The notes below the pieces were generated by a model. That model saw nothing but the letters and a program-made list of their open reading frames with translations, was not told the DNA's origin and searched no databases. Positions 13,058 through 23,856 of a DNA stretch of 64,000 nt are shown one piece after another; the stretch's first letter is position 1; every line of letters begins with the position of its first letter. The position numbers were made by a program, and so were the translations under genes. The DNA is from Hyphochytrium catenoides (Eukaryota; Protista; Hyphochytriomycota), in assembly GCA_900088475.1 (NCBI GenBank), contig FLMG01000154.1, positions 124,001-188,000 on the forward strand. The letters run 5' to 3'.

Positions 13058-15443
13058 TTCTCATTTTCCTAAAACCCCTCAAGCACTCACATTTTCTCTC
13101 ATTCACAGCTTCGAGCTGGTCCAGTATGCCCTTCATCGGCACGCCAGAGCTATTGGCGGAAATTCTCCAAGCAAAGAAGAGAGAGGAAGCCCCGCCTCCA
13201 GAGGATTCCGTCGCATCCAATATGATCTCGTCGCACTTGAGGAGCCAGGGCAGCGGCGTCGGAAGTCAAGTTAGCAACAGTCAGACAACGAGATGACGAA
13301 GACGAAAGGTAAAGAACGAGAAAAGCAGCGGAAGGAAAGAGGGTCAAAGGTTACAAGACAGAGGGAATGGATGAGAGCCGACGAGGGAAGTCAAAGAGTT
13401 AAGAAGTCTTCTTTCGCTCTGAGCGAGCTAATGATAAAGAAAAGCAGAGAAGACCAGTGGGGAAGAGTGACAGAAGGTAAAGGGAAGGCAACAGTGGACA
13501 CGACGTAATAGAGGCGAAAGGGAAGGGGCACGGCGGAGGAGGGAGATGCCTTGAATGGCCGACCTGTCCAACAACTGACGGTCCTGCTAGCTGGGCAACA
13601 GGAGTTACAGGATTAGCAGGAGCTCTTAGTATGATGGACTTATAGAACTGATTGAAGGGCGCAGCCAAGGGCACTTCCTGACCAAGCTTGGCAGTGAACC
13701 TGCCACCAAGGACGATCGACAACCTCTCGAGCTTCTCTCCGTACCATCTGCAGTTCTGACAGAGCTGACCTTGGTGTTTCAAAATAGAGCAGAAGAAGAG
13801 AGTGGTGTCCGAAGGAAGCGATAATCGACGGTAGAGAGGGATTGTATGGAGGGGCAAAGAGGAAAGAGACAGGTAGGAGTTAGCAGGTGGTGGTTGTGCA
13901 TCAGAACGGAAGACAATAAACCCGGCGCAAAGAGACGAAGCAAGAAGTGACGTACCGACTTGGCCAAAGCTGTCGGAGGCTCCAGAAAGATCGAAGATCT
14001 TTGCACAGCATGCGGGCCGCAGCTTGTCAGGCATAGTCCCATTGAACTCCACTAAGATTTCTCGCAAGTTGTTGGCAAATCCAGCATCAAGAGAATAAGC
14101 TGCAAGAAGTAAGCTGAGATATTGAGCGGAACACAACGGGAGAAAGAAAGGGGAAAACTCTTGATGACGCGGGCCGAATGCAAGAGGACGAGAAGAGACA
14201 CAGCCCGTTTAAAGAGACGAAGGAAGGAGACGGCTGATGCGGGGTGTACAACGTGAAAGCGCTGAGCTGAGCTTCAGAGCCTAGGATATCCGAAGAAACG
14301 TAACATAAAGGAATGTCCTTAGTCTCATAGAAGACGGCAGCCTCACCTGGTGGTAGAGGGGTGGGTCCGTTAACCTTAGGCCGCTGAGTAGGAGTAGGAG
14401 TAGGGGCAATGGCTGGGGTTTCTGTAGGGGCAAGACTTGGGGCGATAGTGGGCCTTGGAGTTGGTGGGAGAGGAGGAGGAGGAGTAGCAGTAGGCGTAGT
14501 AGGAGAAGGAGGAGTAGGAGTAGCACTAGGAGGTGGAGGAGGAGGAGCAGCAGTAGGAGTAGGGGTAGGAAGAGAGGTAGCAGGAGAAGGAGGAGTAGCA
14601 TTGGGAGTAGGAGTAGGAGTAGCAGTAGCAGTAGAAGTATCAGGAGGAGTAGGAGGATTAGTAGGGGTAGGAGTATCAGGAGGAGTAGGAGTGTTAGTAG
14701 GAGTATCAGTAGGTATAGGAGTAGCAGTAGCAGTATTAGTAGGAGGAGCAGTAGGAGGAGCAGTAGCAGGAGGGGAAGGACTAGCAGTAGCAGGAGGGGA
14801 AGGAGTAGCAGTAGAAGGAGCAGGAGGAGGAGGAGAAGGAGTAGCAGTAGGAATAGCAACAGGAGAAGCAGTGGGAGGAGTGACCGTAGGTGGAACAGTC
14901 GGCCCCGATATAGGTTCTCCTCCAGGAAGCGTAGAAGGCGACGGGTAATACGCTGAGGGAGAAGGGGCTAAGGAGTCTTGCCCAGGAGTAGGAGATGGCG
15001 AAGGCAGCCCATTGCCATCACTTCCAGCTCCAGTCCCGCTTCCGGAGGTCGCGTTTTGGGCCGTAATAGCGGGAGTCGGGGCCGGAGTGGATTGTGGTGG
15101 CACTTCAGTTAGATATTGAAGTGCTTCATCTCTAAATGCCGCCAACTGAAGCTTGAAGGACAAAGCGGGAACGCTGCAGTTCATATTTGCGGAAGTGAGG
15201 ACTCACAAGGCCCTCATCAGGTATTGAAAAGTGGAATGGAGCGTGTCCAAAGTGCAATGGAAAGCTGGCATACAGATAATCTACAGCTAAACGGAGGCAG
15301 ACCAAGAAGCTCAGAGCTCCCCAAAGAGTAAGAAAGCTCGAGGTTGGAGCTCGGTAAGAACTCTGAGCCCAATGTGGCTGCAATAACCCTCGAGTCCGGC
15401 CGGAGGAGCTGCGGGTACAGGTTATGTGGTGGGACTCCGCCAT
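416..15443 (-). CDS. Giant multi-exon polycystin-1 (PKD1)-like receptor: signal/anchor, Pro/Thr stalk, REJ domain, EGF-like domain, GAIN/GPS, about 5 TM helices, low-complexity C-tail
   Basis: Exons join in frame through GT-AG introns. ATG at 15443 (MAESHH...FLTLWGALSFLVCLRLAV). REJ-type segments: VAQLAGPSVVGQ|CDEIILDATESSGGG..LFFAW and YEWSC..LTLRPNAL..YRFHLT. EGF exon 8228-8381 (CSGHGAC..CQCETGWFGSSC). GPS exon 5411-5573 (CVYWD..WSNEGC..CSCTHLT|DF). TM1 WPMIVAIGLIWTVYLALAYYF. PKD-type HHLLAMAF..KTRLQRSTLF. Final TMs run into ORF 416..1777. Confidence 0.85.
7244..7400. repeat. (GA)n microsatellite spanning an assembly gap, in a PKD1-like intron
   Basis: Pure GA run flanking Ns at about 7300-7364. 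Similar GA tracts at about 3805-3900, 5143-5190, 5705-5790, 6445-6560, 9787-9870 and 10110-10300. Confidence 0.95.
14387..14880 (-). repeat. Coding Pro/Thr/Ala-rich mucin/extensin-like repeat
   Basis: Degenerate (AGG/AGT/AGC)n on the + strand, i.e. CCT/ACT/GCT codons on the - strand, giving PTPTPP/ATPSPP repeats in ORF 14087..15184. Confidence 0.9.
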
Positions 15444-15699
15444 GAAGCTCCTCGTCCGCTTCTGTGATCCTGGTTGAATGCCGTTACCTCCCGATTTGCG
15501 GGCCAACAGCCTCTCTGAAGACGGTTTAGCCCTCGCATTACGGGTACTTGCTCTGTTCCCTTTGCCTTCGTCCAAGCTGTGGACCATTGTACAGTACTCT
15601 AGGCACTCTCTCTTTCCCTCTCTGCCCTCTCTTTTACCCTTGTCATTTTCTCTACCCTCTCTCTGTCCCGCGCCCTCTCTGCTCCCTCTCCTTTCCCCC

Positions 15700-15741
<42 letters not shown>

Positions 15742-17588
15742 CCCACTCTAGCACCAGCTCTGCTTCTCAGTGTGTTATGTCCCCGCGTCCCTTCGTGCGG
15801 GTCAAGAACGACCGTACGGCAGTCTTTTATTATGGACTTTCTTGGTTATTGTACAACTGTACCGTAGACAGTACCGTTTTACTGTAGTAGTAGTAGTACA
15901 GCTCACAGTACTGTAGGGGGAACCTGGTACAATGGCTAATTAGTTCTAAACTACCTTCTGCACCAGGGTAAAGTGCTGGTGTAGTCTTGGCAGTGACAGA
16001 AAGAAGAAAAAGGGCCTATTAGGTAAAATGACAACGGAGTACTCGTACCTGCACCAGGAGAAGAGATCGACGAGGGGTCGAGGCCATAATAGGGACGTTC
16101 TCTATCAAGTGCTATTCTTCTTGTACCGCGGTAGTAGTAGTTCCAGTACTAGGGAGTTCTTCTACGGTGTGTGTCACATAGGAGGAAACGACTATTATTC
16201 ACCTACTCTGTAGGACTCAAGGACTACTACTACCCCAACCCTACGTAATAGCACTAATAACACCCTGCGACTTCAGACATCTAAGAAAAGTCAACCTTCT
16301 TCAGGTGGCAAAGTACGGAAACCCTGCTTGAGCCTCACAACATAACAACCTCCTTTTGTATGATTTCCCGAGTACGTTTACTCGTGTCAGATAGAGAACT
16401 GGAGTCACTATGATTATCTTCTCGTCCTTTCTCGTTAGCGCCAATGTTTGTCAAACTGGACGGAAGAATAAGGAGGGATGATAACAGCCAAAGGAAGAGG
16501 TAAACAATAAAGAAGAGAAACAATAATAGAAACTTTTTTCTTAAGCAAACGTGCCCTTCCACTCTACTGCTGGCGGTGAAGCGTTGGTCACAGCATCATC
16601 TGCAGGCCGCGGAGAGGAGGCTACAAATAGTGATATATCAGTCCGTTTGCGTTGAACGACTCATGTAAGATGAAAGATGCCAGACTTCTCCCACAGGCTG
16701 GAGCAGACCCTCTTTTTCTTCCTGGCAGTAGGAAGTGCAGAATGTCGCTGAACTGCTCAATCATCAGCCTTGGAGCATCAAAGAAGACAATCGACTGGCG
16801 GAATAACAATCATCGATCTTCTTATTATGGCTTTCCCAATAATAGCAGACGGTCCCTACAAGATCATTATTCCTCCGGAGTATACTATTCGCCCCCAAGC
16901 TCCTTACAAGGAGTAGAACTACTAGTATGGTCCTCCTCCTGCTTGAGGATGGACGTATCAATGCCTGTAGGCACCTTCACATTTCTCGATCTAGCGGTTA
17001 GCGGTACTCACACCTTCCATTACTGAGGAGCTAACGGTAACCAACCTCTCGACCTACTAGCAGTTAGCGGGTCTCTCTGGCGAATGTTGGCTGCTGTATT
17101 ATGAGCTCTGATAGATAACCCAAGCTCCTGACTTTGCCTCCAGTGCTGACTCCTCATCGCCCTCATCGGCATGGGAGCCATGGAAGTTCCCACTCATCTT
17201 TCTGCCTGCGGGCTAGCGTCTCACAAAGGTTGATAAGGCGATCGATGAGGCAAGAGATTGAAGGGCATGCACCGTGGTGCCAAGAGTTGGACATTAATAG
17301 CTAGCAGGTGGTGGTGCGTCTCTCTGACTGGAAACCTCTCCTCGGGATGGAGATATGACACCACCGTCCTGCACACTGCGTAGTGTCAGCGGTCAAAGGG
17401 CTTTTAGAGATGTAGGGAACTTCATGTCCGAATCTATGCGCCGTCTTGGGGTCAACTAGGTCTCTGTGTTACGCAGGAAGTACCGGTAACCACTAGCCAA
17501 CAACATGAGAACCTGACCTCTTGTTACGATCACCACGTTGGCAAGCGATGGGCTTAGGAAAACCAAGTGTTATCACCTACACAGAAAG

Positions 17589-19271
17589 ATGAATAACATT
17601 CCGGTGATGAAGGGTGTGAAAGACCAAAGGCCGATTACTGGTGCAAGCGGTAAGCACGAGGCAGTAGATTTGCCTTATGGGAGGCCTGCTACGACTGTTT
17701 GGAAGGTAAAGACGAGCCCTTGGTCGTTGAGTCTATCTGAAGCTGATATCCTAAGACTGACATTGTCCCTTTCTCGCTGCGTTGGCACGCAGACAGCTCT
17801 GACGGGCAACATAGAAGGCTTGTTGGAGGTGGTCTACCGAAGGAAAGGTGATGTGAATCAGCATGACGAGCAGGTAGGGACCTAGACTCTTTCTTTTCTT
17901 CCGACGTTAGCTTGCACTCTTAACGCGCTTTTAGGGCAATCTTCCCCTTAATCTGGCTGCAGCACATGGCCACCTTAAGATGATGGAAAAACTACACGCC
18001 CTGGGTGCAAAGTTAAACGAGAGAGACGGGAAGGTGGGAGGAGAAAACGTAGACATCTAGTACCTTGCCCTCATTTTCTATGTCGCATACGCTCGCGTCG
18101 CAGTCTCTCTCTCTCCCTTCAGGAACTTATCTGTATAATTTTTCTAGCTTTCCTGCTTCTGATGTAGACTGCGTTCCTCGACCAGCGCCCATACCTTCTC
18201 ATTTCAGGGTTGGACGGCTGTCATCACGGCCACAGTTAACAACCAACAGGAAGCTCTGCAGCTTCTTTGTGATCTCGGAGCCGATGTTCTATCGACGGAT
18301 CTTAGTGGGGCAACGGCTGCGCATTACGCAGCATCTGCAGGCAACCAAAAAGCTTTGGAGACACTGGCTGCTGTGGATAAGAGCATCTTGTCTCTTGCAA
18401 CTCCAGCGGTAGTTCCGGAAAGAGTGGGGCTTAACAGCTCGGTCAACCTCCTTCCTTGCCTTACGTCAGTTTTACTCATTAGGCCTGCTTGTAGATGTTA
18501 TCCTCCTTCTTGCACAAAGGTTCCTGTCGCTACTGTCCTCTCTTTCTCTTTAGCCTGTAGCTATCCGTTAGGCCTCATCTATGTCCTGTCTAGATTCATC
18601 CGCCATTGCTTTTATACTGCACAGTACTCCCCTATCTCCCTCTCCCCATCCTTCATTTGTTCTCTGCTTAACTCCTCGCTTGTTTGGCCACCTTGTACCT
18701 GTCTCTTGTCTAGGGACTAACGCCTGCGCACTGTGCCGCAAAGGCCGACGAAGCAAAGATTCTGGAGATCATTGGTGGTGCGGGGTTCAATCTGAATGCT
18801 AACGATAACGCGGTAGGTCATGGCATCAGTCTTTATGTCTCCTTTGCTTGCTACGCATCCTATGTAACTGAATCTTTGCCTATGCGTACTCATCCAACCT
18901 CCACATAGGGAGAGACTCCAGCTCACAAAGCAGCTCACACTAATGCGAGTGCGGCTTTGCAAGCACTGAGACAGCTAGGAGCCGACTTCTCCCTAATGAA
19001 CCACGAGGTCTGTCGCACGAGGGCTCTTGAATGGGTTCTCATTTTTCTCACCCTATCCTCCCACTTCTCTTCCATATTGCTCTTCCCTTTCTTCCATCTT
19101 TCCTTCTCTCTTGTTCTCTCTCTGTCTGTGCAATAGGCTAGTTTACTGTCTAGGTTTCTTTTCCGATGGTCCTGTACTCCTGAGTCTAACGCATTACACC
19201 GTTTGATCTTCGATAACTGACAGCAAGACACTCCAGACGACATATGTAGACTCAGGACGAGGTTTCAGTGA
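17589..19271 (+). CDS. Ankyrin-repeat protein (multi-exon)
   Basis: Spliced peptide: ..TALTGNIEGLLEVVYRRKGDVNQHDEQ|GNLPLNLAAAHGHLKMMEKLHALGAKLNERDGK|GWTAVITATVNNQQEALQLLCDLGADV..GATAAHYAASAG..|GLTPAHCAAK..|GETPAHKAAH..|QDTPDDICRLRTRFQ*. The start is uncertain because an acceptor-like CAG lies just upstream. Confidence 0.85.
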
Positions 19272-19342
19272 CATCACCACCACCCCTCAGGCAAATGAGG
19301 ACACTATTGATTTGATAAGAGCATGTGCATTCACTAGAGACA

Positions 19343-21671
19343 TCACTCCACAATAATGTCATTAGAACAGATCTTCGTCGGTTGCAAGGACGCGTTGAGC
19401 TGCTGATACGCTGCGCTGACGGCGGTGTTGAGTTCTTCGATCCTATGCTCTAGTTGCAGGTAGAAATTACCTATACCTGACGTACGCTGAAGTGTGATAT
19501 CCTGCACCTCCGCATTCTTCGCTAGTTCCTTACCCATCTCATGATAGGCGCGGGATTGAGCAAGATGAGCTTGCTCGTCGAATGTAATGCTAAGATTTAG
19601 ACAGGCTCGAGCCTGCCCTACACGGCTCGTTGTCTCTCTTGACAGCCGCAGATCATTCATGTGAAAGCGAATTGCGTCCTCGTATTGTGCCATTTTACGG
19701 TGGATGTTGCCGATGTTTGCACAGCATCGCGCTTGGAGGTCTTTATCCTTCAAGGCAATAGATAGGTGAAGAGCAGCTTCTTGAAATCGTTTGGCACTCT
19801 CCAAGTCCCCCGTGTGGAAAAAGATGACGCCCAAGGCCTTCAAAGATCGTCCCTCCACTGCCCTGTCCTGGCACCTCCGCGCGAGTTCAATCGCACTTTT
19901 CTGGCTCTCAAGTGCCTCATTCACTTTGTTTTGCTGTTTCTGACAGATACCTATATAGTGCCGTGCTAGCGCAACAAGGGGCCAGTGCTTTATCTCTGTC
20001 GCTTTCTCCGCGACTTCTTCAAAGTACCGCTGCGCCACATCATACTCCCGATAGAGCAGCAGACTATGAGCTCCCCGCACTAACGACGTAGCGACTTCCC
20101 GATAGGCCGGCCCTGGTTCCGTGGCCGCTATGGAGGTTATAAAGACAGCACCCTCTTCCTGGCCCGCCATAGGTAACTGTGGCCTGCTTTCTTCGTCCAT
20201 CTTAAGAGGCTTCGAGATCATGGGAAAATGTTGACCAACGGGTCGAGGATCTGCCGCGGTCGCCCGTTTCTGGAGTTCTCTTAAGGTTGACAGCGAAACA
20301 GTCTTTTGCGGCTCTTGGACTCTGGGTAAACGCGAGACAAGATTAGACCATATACTACCCTAGAACGTTTTTCTCTGTTCTCCCTCGTTTTATTCCCTGG
20401 AGGGCTACGTATACCTTCTACCCTTGCCAAGCACTGAATCTGAGCCTCGGCGTTAGACAAAGTATATACTTGTCACAACACAGAGCACACGCAGAGCTAT
20501 TCCCTCTCTACACCTTGTCACCAGAGGTCTTTCTTGCTCTCCTACCTCTGTCCTTCAGCTACTGAAGCTGTTGCAGGGCGAGTAAGCTTTCCGGGAGAGG
20601 GTAGTAAAGATTCAGGCGTCGTGCTAAGCTTCAGCCCTGGAATCTGTCTTCGGTGGCTAGGTCGAGGTCCGTCCGACGATATCGGCCGACCACGGTCCAT
20701 CGTGGGATCTATGGCATCGGGAAAGTCTTTGTTGGGCTGCACTCCTCGTTCATATGATGTAAAGCCTAGAGTTTTGCTCGGGCGCCCACTCTGAATGTGC
20801 CTGTCATCTCGCTTTTCTGCAATGGGCCTATCGATGGCAGAAGATGACCTCAGCTGCAAGTCTGTCGGAATGCCTATCTGTTTCTGAATCTCTACAAATT
20901 CTAGCTCCTCTTGAGAGGTCAGCGAGCTGGAGCTGAAGCCCGTAAGGCTTCTCTGAAGAGAAGCCCGCTTTCCAGATGGAGATCCAGATCCAGAAACTGC
21001 TGTTAATGTGGCGGCAGTGATCGGCCTCCGTTCTGCATGTTCAGATTCTGCACGCACTGAACTGACGTCTCCTTGACTTAGCTTTTTGTGCGAACCTTCG
21101 GAGCCAGAGGAGTCTAGCGAGGCCTTCCGGTCAGGAGATGTGGCCCCTTGCGCTCTGCTACTCAATACCGAAGTGGCTGGCCGGCGGTTCTCGTTGTGCT
21201 TTTGGACCTGCATGTTTCAAACAGGTTAAGCTAAAGCCCAGAGACGTGGTTATGTCCTCAGAAAGGAAATAGGGCCGTAAGGATTCAAAGTCGATAAGGA
21301 GAGAAGATAAAGCGAAGACAGAGACCACCGGGTACGGATGATAGGTAACCCTATATAGTCAGGTGCCAGGTAATGAAGTCAGTTTTTCCAGCAAAGCATA
21401 GGATCCAGAGGTAATGGGGAAGAGTGATGGAGGTGGAAAAGGTAATGAGCTCCAGCCAGAGTTGAGCACGAGGAGAAGGAAGGAGAGAGAGAGAGAGGCG
21501 CTCTACGGGACAGCTTACAGTCCTTGCGATGTCCCGCTCAATCTTGGCCAGAAGTCCTTTCCGGGATTGATGAAGCCCTGCATTTCTGCACTTCTTCATC
21601 CCTGTGTTCACGGCTTCATAGTTCAAGTAGTGAACTGACCCCGCGGCAGGTCTGCTCTTCGGGTCTGCCAT
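19343..21671 (-). CDS. TPR-repeat protein (TTC28/GPSM-type TPRs) with a disordered N-terminus
   Basis: Three exons (about 21671-21519, 21207-20547, 20322-19343) join in frame. Repeats such as EGRSLKALGVIFFHTGDLESAKRFQEAAL and QARCCANIGNIHRKMAQYEDAIRFH. Confidence 0.85.
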
Positions 21672-22204
21672 TGCGCTAGAGCTCTCCTTGGCACTGATAT
21701 CCTTTCAGGTCGTGCCGCCTTCTATCGCTCCTGAGGTCTGTTACCTGACAGCGAGTTATTGATGGTTGGCGTTTGGATCATAGTTACTCGGCTCTGAGCC
21801 TGGTGACCTAGCTCTCGCCCACCGTCAGCATTTTCCCACAGGGGACTCCACCACTTCCACGACATAGACTATCAACCGGAGAGCTTCAGGGAGGAATCCT
21901 CACAAGTCCATTGATGCGCAAATAGACTCTAGAGAAGTGGCAGGTAGGAGGGCCTGACACCTCCAGGACAAAAGCCCCCACACCCAACCCTTAGAACCAA
22001 GGCTGAGAAGGACCGCAGAAGAGCTTTCATCCAAGGAAGCGGAGGACACGAACAGAGGGAGAGGGAGAAAGAGAGGCGCAAGGCCCGAGAGCTTCGTAGG
22101 AACCAGGAGAAGAAATGGCAAAGGAGGAATAAAAGAGAAGAGAAGGCGATGCGAGACAAGCCATACCGCAACTCTTCTGCGTATGGACGACAGGTGATGC
22201 CAGA

Positions 22205-22268
22205 GGGAAGAGAGAGTTGAAGAGAGAGAGAGTTGAAGAGAGAGAGAGTTGAAGAGACCGAGAGATGA

Positions 22269-22299
<31 letters not shown>

Positions 22300-22470
22300 G
22301 AGAACTGAGAAGCGAGAGAGAGAGAGAGCAGCGAGCGAGAGAGAGAGAGGATTGAAGAGACAGAGCTAGAAAGACAGAGCTAGAGAGAGAGAGCCTAGCC
22401 AGACAGAGAGAGATAAGAGAGAGAGAGAGAGTGAGAGAACGAACGAGAGCGAGAAAGAGAGATGCTGAGG
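22205..22470. repeat. Degenerate (GA)n tract
   Basis: GA-rich run containing repeated GAGAGAGTTGAA units. Confidence 0.9.
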
Positions 22471-22964
22471 AAGAGAGAGCAATGCTTGATAATTGCAGGT
22501 GTTCAATGACAGGGAACAGGCCCCAGGAGGCAGGAGAGGAAGCTGAGCTGATGGAAGGCAAATAACCGACGTAGAAACACAACTATACAATTCCAGAATT
22601 GTCCTTTTTACATTTTCAGTGCCTTTCCAGCTCGTACAGAACAGGTTGGATATATATGCAGACAGTGTTCCTGATCAGTCCAACCTATCGTCCCTATCTA
22701 GAATATACTTGTCTTAGCTGAATGGGTGGGAGACAGGGGAGTGCTATTGAAAGATTATTACTAAAGGCAGGACCTGTATTAATAAGCGGAGGTCTTAGTA
22801 CTATTACTGCCTTCCCTCGCCGCCACTCTTTCCGCGGCGCTACTTTCTTCGTCTCTGGCAGCTGGAGCTCCGCCATCGGGATCTGCGTCTCTAATTACCT
22901 CTCCCATTGCTGTCATTGCAAACTGCTGAACAGAGTCTTTCAGTCTCTATCAGCAACAGGAACG

Positions 22965-23419
22965 ATGGTAAGTGTGAGGGTGTTCATTCTTCTCTCCTGG
23001 ACTGTGTCTAGACTTCTTTCATTATCCGAGGTTTGTTATAGTGTGGAGTGTGGCCAGTTGCTGAAACTGTCCCCTACTTGTTGACTTCCATTGAAATTCC
23101 TCGCGCTTGTGGAGGAGAGGCAGCTCTCTTCTCCGAAGTAATATTTTAATGGCGGAGTGAGCTATGGTTGAAGGTGCTTATTTCCTTTATGCCTTATTCC
23201 TATACTAGCCGTCCCACAAGACCTTCAAGATCAAGCGTGTTCTTGCTAAGAAGCAGAAGCAGAACAGACCAATCCCCCAATGGATTCGGCTGCGCACTGA
23301 TAACCGCATCAGGTAGGGACTGTCTGTCTTTAATGGGCGGAGGACGATTAAATTCTCATAAATTGTTCAGGTACAATGCTAAGCGCCGCCACTGGCGCAG
23401 AACCAAGCTCCGCATCTAA
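22965..23419 (+). CDS. RPL39: 60S ribosomal protein L39 (eL39)
   Basis: join(22965..22967,23209..23312,23371..23419) = 156 nt, giving [51 protein letters not shown] (51 aa). Donor is ATG|GTAAGT. Confidence 0.97.
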
Positions 23420-23856
23420 GCGAAGCATGGCTACGGCCTTTCGTGGCCTTACCTTGGCTTTAGGGAAAGGGAGAGTCATGCAGCATACGGACACAGAAGG
23501 ATAACATTGACAGCAATCTAACTCCAGACTTTATCCTTCTGAGCTTGTCCTCCTTGTATTCGGCTTCGTACGTTGAGTGAGTGAAGCTATGGCGATGGGA
23601 GTGCACCAGGGTATCAAAGGGTGTGCAATTATTGGGGGCGTAGGAAGGGACAGGAGATAGGGAGACAAGGTATGTCTTTGCAAGAGTGAGACTCTTCGCA
23701 TAGCAATGTAAGGGGTGGTAAGGCTGGTCATCAAAACAGCCAGATTAAGCTTGAGACGGTAAGTATATACCAGAGGTTGTCTAGTGCCAGGCCCTCGTCA
23801 GGGTCATAGAGTGCGGGTCAATAGAGGAGAGGGGCCATTTTCCTTGTTATGATGTA

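Noticed and set aside
14281-14948. Poly-Leu ORF (14281..14859, -) and Gly/Val ORF (14409..14948, +)
   Set aside because: Shadow frames of the NCT-codon Pro/Thr repeat.
15872-17039. TACCGTT...AACGGTA as Tc1/pogo-type termini
   Set aside because: Only 7 bp match, it does not extend, and there is no transposase remnant. The similar word at 8225 is coding or splice-junction sequence.
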